A stretch of 64,000 nucleotides of DNA, taken from Promethearchaeota archaeon. Its GTDB lineage: Archaea > Asgardarchaeota > Lokiarchaeia > Sigyniarchaeales > SOKP01. The notes beneath the pieces were generated by a model, which was not told where the DNA came from, searched no databases, and was given only the letters and a program-made list of their open reading frames with translations. Below are positions 54,229 through 64,000 of this stretch, piece after piece. Where the stretch lies: the NCBI GenBank assembly GCA_019057865.1, contig JAHLWP010000016.1, positions 17,511 through 81,510 of the forward strand, written 5' to 3'. Positions within the stretch are counted from its first letter, which is position 1, and every line of letters starts with the position of its first letter. A program made the position numbers and the translations under genes.

Positions 54229-57201
54229 ATGAGTACTTCAAACGAAATTATATATCCTCCTGATGAAATTTTAAATCCACCTTTTGGTAAAAATTTCGAA
54301 TTCATAATTCTCTGGATGTTAGATAAGAATGAGTATTGCACATGGTCTAATTTTGCTGAAGAAATAAGTGGATCAACCTTATCAGGCAAGCTTAAACTGC
54401 TTATAAAACAAGGCTATGCTGTAAAATCTGAGAGAAATCAGTATGAGATAACTGCAAGTGGAAGGATAAGATTTAATGAGTTATCAATTCCTAGAGAAAA
54501 GAAAAAAAGCTTAAGGTATCCTCCGAAATTATTCCTAAAAGAAAGGAATTACGATCATTGGATTCTCTGGATGTTAAATAATAATACTTATTGTAAATGG
54601 TCAGATTTTCTAGATAAACCTCTTTCAATTAATCAATCTTCATTATCTAAAAATTTAAGAATGCTATTAGAAGAAGATTTCGTGGTAAATGAAAATAAAG
54701 AGTATAAAATAACTCCAAGAGGTAGAACAGAATATTTTAAAATTTTGAAACTATATGATCTAGATCGTCAGTCAATTTTAGAAGAAGAAAGTAGAAAAAT
54801 TGAAGAAATTACTGAGAAAACAAGTAGATTTTTTGAGAAGTATGAAATTGAAGATGATGAGTTGAAGTTTAAATATCTTACTAAAGCACTAAAACTCGAT
54901 TATAGAAAAGTCGAAAGTATGTTAAAAAGTGAAGAAGATTTTAATAAAATTCTATTATTTCTCTCGATAAATCATCCAAATCAATATCCTGATTACTTAT
55001 CCCCTGATGAATTTTCTTCAAAATATGATATTGATATTACAACACTAAACTATTATATCCAAGAAATTGTAGACAATCAATTATTTCAAATTAAATTTTT
55101 TACTTTGAAGGATGAGCAGGGAGGATTATATTACTTTCAGAAAAATGAGGCAATTGAGAAAATTTTGAATGCAATTGTGGAGAAATACATTACAAAATTC
55201 ACATATCTTAATAAGTTCAAAGAAAGTGCTTTACAAACTGATCATATAATAGATATAGAATTGTTGTTAGAGAATATCCTGAATGATGTGTGTGGTAATT
55301 TATTTAATACTAATTTAAAACCGGCATTAAAAACGTTCTTACCAGATTACATTAAATATTTAGCCTATAAAATCGAAACTGAGAAAAAATTAACAGATAG
55401 CGAAACAAAATTGGAGGGTTTTGTATGGCAGAATATTTTTGAAGAGTTTCAAACATTTGAACCTGTTAGTAGACAAGTGGGAAAAGGTGAAGAGGTGCAA
55501 ACTTATTATAAAATGGACTGCATGATATTTGATACATTAGATATCTTCTATATCACTAAATTGAATTTAATTAATACAAGTGAGTTTAAGGAAGGTATTA
55601 ATCTTAATAAATTAGATATTTTCGATAAAATAGAAAATTCGTTATATAAAAGGAAGATCTCAGAAGCTAAAAATCTATTAGAGAGTAGTAATATTGACTT
55701 TAATTCAATTGAGGGTCTTATTATAAAGGATTTAGTTTATACAGTAGATAATAATTTCGATGATTCGATTAAAACAACAACAGAGATTATTAAAAAATTT
55801 TCTAATAACTATATTGGATATTTATTGCAATCAATTACTTACTTTCTAACTGATGATTATGAAGATGCATTTGATGTTATTGAAAAAGGCTTAGAAAAAG
55901 CTCCAAGTTTTCTATTAAAGGTTCAAAAAGCTCAGATATTAATTAAAATGCAAGTTGCTGAGAAAGCCATAAAGATTATCGAGGAATTAATTTCTGATTA
56001 CCCCAATAGCATTCCATTATTAAGGACAAAATTTTTGGTTTATCTAACTGATTGGAGGATTCTTGAAAGAGTTTCTGAGGATCCTTTGGAAATTATCGAT
56101 TCTGCTATAAAACTGAAGCCAAAAGATAAAGAACTCATAATTTTAAAAAGTATATACTATTGTATCATTCATAACTACAAGGAAGCAAAAAGAGTTCTAA
56201 CAGACGAAATTATTTTTAATTATATTAAAAAGAATCCTAAAATTGACACTGCTGGTTTATTCATTTTAGCATTTTCTTATCTTGCTCGTGGAAGTTTTGA
56301 GAAAGCTTTAGGGATTGTAAAAAATATTTTAGATCAATATCCAAATAATCCAATCTCATATCTCACCAAAGCTCTAGCACTAGGTTATAATTTAATTTAT
56401 AAATTTAAGCTTCATGAACCAAATGTTGATACTTTCATTGGGCTGATTGAAAGAGCAATTTCTCTTGAATCAGTAAATTATAATAAAAATAAATTTCTTC
56501 AATTACAAGCATGTATTTTACAAGGATTCGGACAATTTGATGATGCAATTGAAGCTATTGATCGTGCTATTGATTTAATACCAAATCTAAATTATCAATA
56601 TTTTTTAAAAGTATTCTTTCTAATAGGAGCTAAAAGGGAATTTGAAGCATTAGAAGCAATTGATAAATATCTAGACAAGGATCCACTATTAAAGAAGAAG
56701 TTACTACTAACAAAAACATATATTTATCATGGTCAAAAACAATACCAAGAAGCTTATGAGATTTTAGATGAATTAACTAAACTTTATCCAGATGACATTG
56801 GTTTTATAAATAATAAAGCTGTTACTCTGGCTTATCTAAATAGAAAAGAAGAAGCTATAGAAACTGCTGAGTATCTATTAAGTCTTAATCCAAAATTAGG
56901 AAATTCTTATGATACATATGGTGAAATTCTGATGACTTTTAAAGAATACGGGGATGCTATAAAGAAATATGAAAAAGCTGTAGAACTTGAACCAACAGGA
57001 TGGTTCGCATATTGGACATATATAAAATTGGGAAAATGTTATCAAGAACTCGGAAATTATGATAAAGCACTTGAAATTTATGAAAAAGGGAAAAAAATGG
57101 CAGAGAAATTGTATCCTACAGATACAAAATGTTATGAGTTTGATGTTGATAAATACCTTTCAGAAATCAGATCATTAATAGAAAAATCAAAAGAAAAATA
57201 A
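54229..57201 (+). CDS. Large tandem winged-HTH + TPR protein
   Basis: Two repeats ILWML...C.WS.F...S.LS..L..L...Y.IT..GR; many TPRs in C-terminal half. Confidence 0.9.
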   Translation: MSTSNEIIYPPDEILNPPFGKNFEFIILWMLDKNEYCTWSNFAEEISGSTLSGKLKLLIKQGYAVKSERNQYEITASGRIRFNELSIPREKKKSLRYPPKLFLKERNYDHWILWMLNNNTYCKWSDFLDKPLSINQSSLSKNLRMLLEEDFVVNENKEYKITPRGRTEYFKILKLYDLDRQSILEEESRKIEEITEKTSRFFEKYEIEDDELKFKYLTKALKLDYRKVESMLKSEEDFNKILLFLSINHPNQYPDYLSPDEFSSKYDIDITTLNYYIQEIVDNQLFQIKFFTLKDEQGGLYYFQKNEAIEKILNAIVEKYITKFTYLNKFKESALQTDHIIDIELLLENILNDVCGNLFNTNLKPALKTFLPDYIKYLAYKIETEKKLTDSETKLEGFVWQNIFEEFQTFEPVSRQVGKGEEVQTYYKMDCMIFDTLDIFYITKLNLINTSEFKEGINLNKLDIFDKIENSLYKRKISEAKNLLESSNIDFNSIEGLIIKDLVYTVDNNFDDSIKTTTEIIKKFSNNYIGYLLQSITYFLTDDYEDAFDVIEKGLEKAPSFLLKVQKAQILIKMQVAEKAIKIIEELISDYPNSIPLLRTKFLVYLTDWRILERVSEDPLEIIDSAIKLKPKDKELIILKSIYYCIIHNYKEAKRVLTDEIIFNYIKKNPKIDTAGLFILAFSYLARGSFEKALGIVKNILDQYPNNPISYLTKALALGYNLIYKFKLHEPNVDTFIGLIERAISLESVNYNKNKFLQLQACILQGFGQFDDAIEAIDRAIDLIPNLNYQYFLKVFFLIGAKREFEALEAIDKYLDKDPLLKKKLLLTKTYIYHGQKQYQEAYEILDELTKLYPDDIGFINNKAVTLAYLNRKEEAIETAEYLLSLNPKLGNSYDTYGEILMTFKEYGDAIKKYEKAVELEPTGWFAYWTYIKLGKCYQELGNYDKALEIYEKGKKMAEKLYPTDTKCYEFDVDKYLSEIRSLIEKSKEK

Positions 57202-57219
57202 AAAAGTGAATTATAAAAT

Positions 57220-57891
57220 GTGGTCTTAATGGATTACAAATTTATAAAAACACTTGAATTTAATTTTAATTTTGGAACACTAATAGCGGTTGATTTCAGC
57301 TCATATTGTGAAGAATCTAACTTATTTAATATTAATGAAGAGATAATTAATGAAATTAAAGATTGTGTTAAAAATCAAGGAATTCCTGATTTAATTTGGT
57401 TTAAAGGTATAGGGGACTCAATAAAATATTCGAAGTCTAAACAAATTATCGAAATGATTAAGGAGGCTTATCCATATCAAAAAATTGGTGTTTATTTAAA
57501 TTGTGCGATCTTTCAAGATGAAATTATCAGAGAAGATTTCTACGGATGTGATTTAGTAGCAATTAATCTAAATAGTATTGATCCTTTGAATTTTTCAAAA
57601 ATTAATAAATGTCCTGAATCTACAAAATCTATAGAGGTATTAGAGGGAATTAAAGAATTTAGTAACAATTTCAAGGGAAAATTAGGGATCTACACTATGT
57701 TCTTGAGCGGTATTAATGATAATATAAAAAATATAGAAGATTTAAGGAAATTCCTACTAGAAGTTATGCCCGATTATTATTCTATTAGTAATTATACTCT
57801 AGATGGTTTTAACCCCGTTTCAGATGAATTCAAAAAATTACTTGAAGAAATACTTAAAGATATTCCATTTAAAGTTATTTATATGTTCTAA
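57220..57891 (+). CDS. Degenerate radical-SAM-like protein lacking CxxxCxxC
   Basis: VLEGIKEF...TMFLSGINDN..NI pattern; only FSSYCE at the cluster position. Confidence 0.6.
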   Translation: MVLMDYKFIKTLEFNFNFGTLIAVDFSSYCEESNLFNINEEIINEIKDCVKNQGIPDLIWFKGIGDSIKYSKSKQIIEMIKEAYPYQKIGVYLNCAIFQDEIIREDFYGCDLVAINLNSIDPLNFSKINKCPESTKSIEVLEGIKEFSNNFKGKLGIYTMFLSGINDNIKNIEDLRKFLLEVMPDYYSISNYTLDGFNPVSDEFKKLLEEILKDIPFKVIYMF

Positions 57892-58177
57892 ATAAATGAA
57901 TTATATAAATAAAAACTGATAAAAAAATTTAAAAAAAAAAAATCATTCTATAGTCTCTACTATCTCTGGAAGTTCAGTTACTTTTATTAATTCCTCAATT
58001 TCTTTTTCTTCTTCTATTTCTTTCTCATATTTAAGATATCTAATTTAAATAAAGTGAAAAAAAGATTTGGAACTATTAATATCTGGAGAAATAAAATTTA
58101 AACAAAAAAAAAACTGAGATTTAGATAATCTATATATATTTAATTAGCATAAAGTAAAATTGAGGTCGATAAAGTAA

Positions 58178-58588
58178 TTGACAGTGATTGAATTACCTAA
58201 AGAAATCAACGGTGCGATTCTTGCCTCAATAGAGGGTGGACCAATAGCTACCGCTTTACCTAATGATAAAGATAAAGAGAAAATTTCAGCAATGATGGCT
58301 GCTCTATGGTCTGTAGCTAAGATATCATACTCTAAAATAAATAAAGGAGACTTCGACTATATTTTTATTAAAGGAACACAGGGCAACTTATTAGTATTTT
58401 CAATAAATATAAATACCGTTTTCGCTGTTACTACACCTCTTGATATTAATCTAGGATTTATATACTTAGAATGTAGAAGAGTGTGTAAGAAGCTAATAAA
58501 ACTTTTGGATAGGAAATATATCAAAAAACCAATTAAATTAAAAATACAGGATAGAGAGATTATTTCTTTTCAAGAAAGTAATTTATGA
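58178..58588 (+). CDS. Roadblock/LC7 domain protein
   Basis: GAILASIEGGPIATALP...ISAMMAAL...IFIKGTQG...NLGFI. Confidence 0.88.
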   Translation: MTVIELPKEINGAILASIEGGPIATALPNDKDKEKISAMMAALWSVAKISYSKINKGDFDYIFIKGTQGNLLVFSININTVFAVTTPLDINLGFIYLECRRVCKKLIKLLDRKYIKKPIKLKIQDREIISFQESNL

Positions 58589-58644
58589 TATTACTGACTT
58601 GCTCTACTCTTTCATTTAAACAATGCTATTTCAATTATGTTGAA

Positions 58645-58938
58645 TTATTTTAAGTCTTCAACTAATTCAAGAAATTCTGAATATGGAATGGCGGTCCAAC
58701 TCTCTGCAAAGTTAGCTCCAAAAGAACGAGATAGTAATGAAACCTTAGCAGCTTCTTGTTCATTTTTAGCTTCGAAAATATCAAGAAAATCATAGGGACC
58801 TAGTATGGCATAATGTGCTATCCACTTAATATCTGGAACTTTCTCTTTAACTAATTTTAAAAACTTTTCACCCTGTTCTTTCCTTTTTTCCACTAGATCA
58901 GGATTTTGAAGTTTAGTTACTAATATATATATTGGCAT
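58645..58938 (-). CDS. GYD domain protein
   Basis: YAILGPYDFLDIFEA. Confidence 0.88.
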   Translation of the reverse strand: MPIYILVTKLQNPDLVEKRKEQGEKFLKLVKEKVPDIKWIAHYAILGPYDFLDIFEAKNEQEAAKVSLLSRSFGANFAESWTAIPYSEFLELVEDLK

Positions 58939-59173
58939 AGTATATATATGGGTTAACTTACACTTTAAATCTTACCTTCTTATATCCTAATATAAAAGAA
59001 AAATCTTACAAGAAAATATTTCTAAGAGTTGCTTTCAATACGGAAATGGTTAAATTTCACATTTTATTTTAAAAGAATAACCAAATATATTTTAAATAGA
59101 AAGTAATATTTGAATAATAGTTTTTTGAAGTTATTTATATAAATTTAAGAATTATAGAAAGAGGATTGCTATA

Positions 59174-59626
59174 ATGAACGATAATAATATCCCCTATGGT
59201 GTTTGTGGCGTCTATTGTGGGCAATGCCATACTAGGGAAAATGTTCACATATTAGCTATGGAATTAAAAAAACTGATTATTGATGACTATGATTGGGTTG
59301 ATAATTTGGTTGAAAACTTTGATTATACTAATTTTTTGAAAGGTTTAGAATGGTTTAGTAAGCAACAATGCCCAACCTGCACCAAAATTACTGATCCTTG
59401 GTGTGAAGTAAGAAAATGTGAAAAAATAATTACTAAAAAATTAAAAAGCTGTCTTTTATGTGAAGAATTCTTAAATTGTGCAAGAACTAAATATCAAAGA
59501 GACAGGTATCCTTTTGTTATAGACCATTATCATCGTGTAAAACAGATTGGTCTTCAAAAACACTTAGAAGAAGAAGAAAAACGAACTAAAGAAGGAGTTA
59601 GATTAATAGATATTAGAAAATACTAG
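59174..59626 (+). CDS. DUF3795-like Cys-rich protein
   Basis: CGVYCGQC...CPTC...CEVRKC...CLLCEEF. Confidence 0.8.
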   Translation: MNDNNIPYGVCGVYCGQCHTRENVHILAMELKKLIIDDYDWVDNLVENFDYTNFLKGLEWFSKQQCPTCTKITDPWCEVRKCEKIITKKLKSCLLCEEFLNCARTKYQRDRYPFVIDHYHRVKQIGLQKHLEEEEKRTKEGVRLIDIRKY

Positions 59627-59627
59627 A

Positions 59628-60422
59628 TTACTCTTCGAATAAGTTTATATTAAACTCAAATAGTTTATCTTGAATTTTATTCTTTATTTCTTTAGATATA
59701 TTATTTAAGATATCCTCTGGCACATATTCCAAATATTCATATAACTCGTTTTGAATTATAGGACCTATATTTTTCATAAATTCCTCAACAATTTCTTGCT
59801 TCTTTAAATAAATTTCTTTATACTTCTTAAGATGAGTTGTATTAAATATTTTGAGCCATCTTTTTCCCTTATTTTTCAATAACGTGATAGTCCTTTTAGA
59901 ATTTGTAGTATTAAAATTACTGAATTCGTACTCATACTTAATTAATAACCCCTCGAAATAGTTGATTATTTGAGTTTTCTCTTTTGAATTTAAATCCGTA
60001 TTGGAATTAAGAAAGACAATAATCATGTATTTTTCATAAGAAAAGTATATCTGTCCTTTAATATTGGAACCATGAATTTCAAGGTGAGACAAGTTTTTGA
60101 TGTTTGTTTGCTCTGCAAATGTTCTAAATGAACTAAAATACATGGAAATTAAATCAATTTCCAAAAGTTTTTTATCATCTTCGATGAGATAAGATTTAAT
60201 TGGACCATAATTAGTTCTGTCTTTAGAATCATAATCAATAACCATTATCGTATTTCCATATTGATCTGAGACAATAATACCAATAACTGGTGGTATATTA
60301 TTGAAATTGTATGTGCGATATGCAATTTCAGTTAATCTATTTTCAATGAGGCTATTATATTTTTGATATTCGCTTTTAGATGTTATATAAAAATTATTTT
60401 GAGTAGCATTTTTCATTGGCAA
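59628..60422 (-). CDS. Hypothetical protein with longin/roadblock-like core
   Basis: IIVSDQYGN...LISMYFSSFRTFAE...LEIHG...IIVF. Confidence 0.65.
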   Translation of the reverse strand: MPMKNATQNNFYITSKSEYQKYNSLIENRLTEIAYRTYNFNNIPPVIGIIVSDQYGNTIMVIDYDSKDRTNYGPIKSYLIEDDKKLLEIDLISMYFSSFRTFAEQTNIKNLSHLEIHGSNIKGQIYFSYEKYMIIVFLNSNTDLNSKEKTQIINYFEGLLIKYEYEFSNFNTTNSKRTITLLKNKGKRWLKIFNTTHLKKYKEIYLKKQEIVEEFMKNIGPIIQNELYEYLEYVPEDILNNISKEIKNKIQDKLFEFNINLFEE

Positions 60423-60667
60423 TTCCTTAAAGACTTTACTGAAAATTTAGTTTTTTCTTAAGCTGTAAGCATAAACCAAAAAGCCAAATATTTCTATAAA
60501 GATAATAGAGTGTGTTAATTTTTAGTAATTAATATTATAATCCGACAAAATTCCCTAAGAAGATATTTCTTTAAATTAATAGAAAATAACAATTATTAAC
60601 GAACATTTTTACAATCTAATACATTATATGAAATAGTTTATTCCTTTAGAAATTCTAAAATTATAAT

Positions 60668-61885
60668 CTAACGGTATATTTCAACAATTCCATCCTTATA
60701 TAATCTTTCAGCAATAAAATTTGTGATTATTACGATAAGGATAAAGCATAAAATCAAAAGGAAATAACGTAATACATATTTAATCTTTTCATTTTTTATT
60801 AATTTAAATTCCCATTTTCTTATTTTAGGAAAAAAAAATCCCGTTTTAGATCGATAATGTTCATACTCATTAGGAAACCTTTTTATCATTTTTCCCTCTT
60901 CATAATCACAAATTAATATTATAATTAGCCCAAATAAAATCCAAGAAAGTATATCTGCAATTCGAATTCCAATATCATAATAATATGGCAAGTCTAGGAA
61001 TATATATATAAATTTAGGAATGTATAATGCAATAGGCAACATCATTATGAGAATGCCGAGATTTTGAGGATGACGAATATATTTATATGGTCCAGTTTGA
61101 GCAATTTCAACGTCAGTCTTTCTTGCCTTTACGAGATGGATTAATCCATATAAAAAGATGAATAAACCGAAAATAAAAATAGCTGTTTCAATAACTATTA
61201 AAATAAAGATCAATGAAGTGTTTCCAGGAGAAATAACAAACCAAGAATTATAATAATCATAATAAGCTATATCGGTCTTGCAGATAAAGGAAAAGATTTC
61301 CCATGAAATATAAGCGATAGGAAAATATATAAACATTGGAGTAAGAATCCCTGCAAGTATCGGAATATATACCCACACCGAACTTATCCACCCACTCAAT
61401 TTCCCAAGAGCTTCTCTTAATCTCATTGAATACAAATTTTTTTTACTTGGTAATAAATTAGAGAACCAAAATAGGCACATAATATAAAAAGCAATTATCA
61501 TCGTTAAAATAGAAAAAAGAGTCATTATTTGAATCCCTGACCTTTGATATTCCCAAAAATCTCCAATATTTAATAAATTATAAACTAGCATGAAAATATG
61601 TTGAACTATAATAAAAAACGCTATGAAAAAAGGAACTTTGTTATTTATTTTTACGAATGTGCTCAAAAAAATAAGAATTGACAGAACAAGTGAAGAAATA
61701 TAAAAGGAAATAACTAATTCAATCGATAATACATTATTATCATGAAAGTAATACTGTTGAACATGCAAAATTCCTATTAAATTTATTAAAAAAAGGGATA
61801 TACAAAAGATTTGAATGATATTGTTTAATTTCAATCTAATATGACTATATAATCTTCTCATATTTTTTAATACTTCATAATTCAT
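60668..61885 (-). CDS. Membrane protein with ICMT/PEMT-like methyltransferase domain
   Basis: TGPYKYIRHPQNLG, EE...YEHYR..TGFFFP. Confidence 0.85.
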   Translation of the reverse strand: MNYEVLKNMRRLYSHIRLKLNNIIQIFCISLFLINLIGILHVQQYYFHDNNVLSIELVISFYISSLVLSILIFLSTFVKINNKVPFFIAFFIIVQHIFMLVYNLLNIGDFWEYQRSGIQIMTLFSILTMIIAFYIMCLFWFSNLLPSKKNLYSMRLREALGKLSGWISSVWVYIPILAGILTPMFIYFPIAYISWEIFSFICKTDIAYYDYYNSWFVISPGNTSLIFILIVIETAIFIFGLFIFLYGLIHLVKARKTDVEIAQTGPYKYIRHPQNLGILIMMLPIALYIPKFIYIFLDLPYYYDIGIRIADILSWILFGLIIILICDYEEGKMIKRFPNEYEHYRSKTGFFFPKIRKWEFKLIKNEKIKYVLRYFLLILCFILIVIITNFIAERLYKDGIVEIYR

Positions 61886-62179
61886 ATTTTCTCTTACTAT
61901 TAATTATAAGCTTTCTAAAATATTATATTATTCTATAATATTAAAAGGCTTAATGATAAAAGTTGATGCCCCCCGATAATAAAGCTTTATTTTTTACATT
62001 TTCAGCAACGATAATAAATATAAACTTTGGATTTTCATCGATTTCTAAAAGTTCGATTCAATGTTTTTTCTTTATATATATTTAATAGTACAATAATCCC
62101 AATGATAATTAAGCTATAATAGAATGAAAAAATTAGTTCACAGAGAAAGGAGCCCCCCAAGAACCCCTTACTTCCTGAA

Positions 62180-62274
62180 TCAATACGGAAATGGAAAAAT
62201 TAGTTGATATAAAAATAAGCGTAATTTTAAAAATAAAAAAATAAAAAAATTTATTAAATCCTATATCGGAATAT
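62180..62274 (+). repeat. 95-bp direct repeat, copy A
   Basis: 93/95 identical to 63235-63329 by manual alignment. Confidence 0.95.
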
Positions 62275-62326
62275 TAATTCAGAAACATAAATTCTAAAGT
62301 AATAAAATAAAATAAAGGTGATGTAA

Positions 62327-63151
62327 ATCCCAATTTTCAATTATGGTGATATCAACATCAATTATGTGAAGAGAGGTAAAGGGGAGCCACTTGTATTAAT
62401 TCAAGGCTGGGCAACAACTCTCGATGGATGGGCTTTTCAAATATCATTTTTCAGGCGTAAAATGATGGTTGTAGCGTTGGATAATAGGGGAATCGGGGGT
62501 AGTTCCAGACCAAATTATCCCTGCACGATGAATATGTTTGTGGATGAAACTAAAGCATTGCTTGACTCCCTAGGTATCCAGCAAAAGATTCATCTTTGTG
62601 GCATCAGTATGGGGGGGATGATTGCTCAAAATTATGTTTTAAAACACTCCGATATGGTTAAAACCTTAATTTTACTCTCTACTACACCGTATTATAGAGA
62701 AGAATTTGCCCAACCCATAATGGAGGAATATAGGGCGATTATGCAGGATTTGGATTTAGAGGAAGGATTCAAAAGAAAACTTGATTTAATGTTTTCTGAA
62801 TCGTTTATTAAAAGGGTAAATGAGGATGATGTCCTTCGTAATACACTTTTCGATACGTTGATGATAAAAAGCGCGAGTAATGCAAGTTGGCAAGATCTAG
62901 AAAATCGGGGAGCTGCGTTAATAAAACATGATACGCGCAATAGCTTGCAGAAAATTACCCAACCTACGCTAATAATGCATGGTACAAAGGATAAATTTAT
63001 TCCTATAGAAGACGCTCATCTATTGGATGAAAAAATTTCTAATTCAAAATTAATCACCCTCGAAGGTTTCGGACACGGAAGTATCTTAATTGAGGATGCC
63101 GAAAGAGTTAACAATCTAATTTGGAATTTCATACAAGAGCATTTAGATTGA
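62327..63151 (+). CDS. Alpha/beta hydrolase, probable ATC start
   Basis: GISMGG nucleophile, DNRGIG, GTKD, GHG; N-terminus (M)PIFNYGDININY behind AGGTGA. Confidence 0.92.
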   Translation: MPIFNYGDININYVKRGKGEPLVLIQGWATTLDGWAFQISFFRRKMMVVALDNRGIGGSSRPNYPCTMNMFVDETKALLDSLGIQQKIHLCGISMGGMIAQNYVLKHSDMVKTLILLSTTPYYREEFAQPIMEEYRAIMQDLDLEEGFKRKLDLMFSESFIKRVNEDDVLRNTLFDTLMIKSASNASWQDLENRGAALIKHDTRNSLQKITQPTLIMHGTKDKFIPIEDAHLLDEKISNSKLITLEGFGHGSILIEDAERVNNLIWNFIQEHLD

Positions 63152-63234
63152 CAAATTAGTAATGTCTTCACTTTCCATCTGATTTACGAACAGATATTAA
63201 AGGCTCCCAGAAGTCAATACTTCTAGGAGTTCCT

Positions 63235-63329
63235 TCAATACGGAAATGGAAAAATTAGTTGATATAAAAATAAGCGTAATTTTAAAAATAAAAAAATAAA
63301 AAAATTTATTTAATTCTATATCGGAATAT
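63235..63329 (+). repeat. 95-bp direct repeat, copy B
   Basis: 93/95 identical to 62180-62274. Confidence 0.95.
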
Positions 63330-63427
63330 AATAAACAGCAACATTCCTTATCTTTATTATTCCCTTCTTTCTAACCTTTTTCTATTCATTTTTTTTCCTT
63401 CTTTTTTGCTTTTTTCATAAATTTTCA

Positions 63428-63637
63428 TTAAAAAATATCATTTATTAAAATACATTTGCGGGATTGCATAACTCCGCTACATTCTTCATTACTTTTCATT
63501 CCTTTCGCTTCTCTTAGATCATTAATCTGGATATACTCCCTTGGTACACGAGAACAATAGGAAGGAAGCATCAAAACCTTCATATCTACTTTTTTGTCCA
63601 TTTTTTTTACCTCAATTTTTATTGATTTGTTTAACAT
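63428..63637 (-). CDS. Small hypothetical protein (likely starts at MDKKVD)
   Basis: GAGGT SD before internal ATG; 5' end resembles the 53534-53617 ORF. Confidence 0.5.
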   Translation of the reverse strand: MLNKSIKIEVKKMDKKVDMKVLMLPSYCSRVPREYIQINDLREAKGMKSNEECSGVMQSRKCILINDIF

Positions 63638-63652
63638 AATAATAAAAAAAAT

Positions 63653-63907
63653 TTAGAAAACCCAGTATTTATTAAAATATACCTGACTTCCAACAGTCTT
63701 TACGGGTCGCAATTCTTCAACGTATCGGGCATTCAACTCTGCCTTCTCAATTAACTTTGACAATCCATTCTTAACTAATTTTTGCTCAACTTTCCTTTCT
63801 TCACGAATTACCTCTTCTTCTCCGAGGTCTTCTAATTTAATTTCAAAATCTACGCACTCGGGCGCAGACACACAATCTATATTTACTTGAGCCATTTTTT
63901 TTATCAC
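63653..63907 (-). CDS. Small charged protein with aromatic C-terminus
   Basis: MAQV..., E/K-rich middle, ends QVYFNKYWVF. Confidence 0.6.
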   Translation of the reverse strand: MIKKMAQVNIDCVSAPECVDFEIKLEDLGEEEVIREERKVEQKLVKNGLSKLIEKAELNARYVEELRPVKTVGSQVYFNKYWVF

Positions 63908-64000
63908 TTTAATTTTTTTTTTTTTCTAATTAATTTAAGGAAATTATTTTATATATAGTTTTTAACATCGAACTTTTGTTGTAGTTCGTACTATTGATGA

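Noticed and set aside
59030-59050. CRISPR repeat (minus strand contains ATTGAAAG)
   Set aside because: Copies are kilobases apart with no regular spacers and no cas genes

Overview
AT-rich archaeal chromosomal DNA, most likely Asgard (Lokiarchaeia-like). That assignment is inferred from gene content: three Rab-like small GTPases, roadblock/longin-type proteins, a Snf7/ESCRT-III protein, an archaeal histone and L35Ae. Layout: (1) the end of a probable integrated mobile element at 1-~2800; (2) a housekeeping core including L44e/S27e, pyrB, rpoA1-rpoA2-L30e-nusA-S12-S7, pus10-L21e-rpo4-DUF655-ksgA-hemK, nurA, glgA, XPD and gcvT-H-PA-PB; (3) an accessory region from ~53.3 kb to the end. Main result: two essential genes of one operon are each interrupted by a short, structured, stop-containing insert, 30 nt in rps12 (7520-7549) and 65 nt in rpoA1 (12904-12968). 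Exact removal restores the conserved motifs AFLPG-DGALN and GHFGH-IKLARP, and the junctions fold into bulge-helix-bulge (BHB)-like motifs. These are candidate endonuclease-spliced mRNA introns. Also noted: non-canonical start codons (ATA, CTG, ATC) behind GGTG Shine-Dalgarno sites, an HTH/ATP-cone fusion to a degenerate class III ribonucleotide reductase, a four-copy CAATACGGAAATGG core with shuffled arms, and paired small-peptide modules, one next to an HTH-TPR gene. All calls come from reading sequence and motifs by hand; no searches were run.
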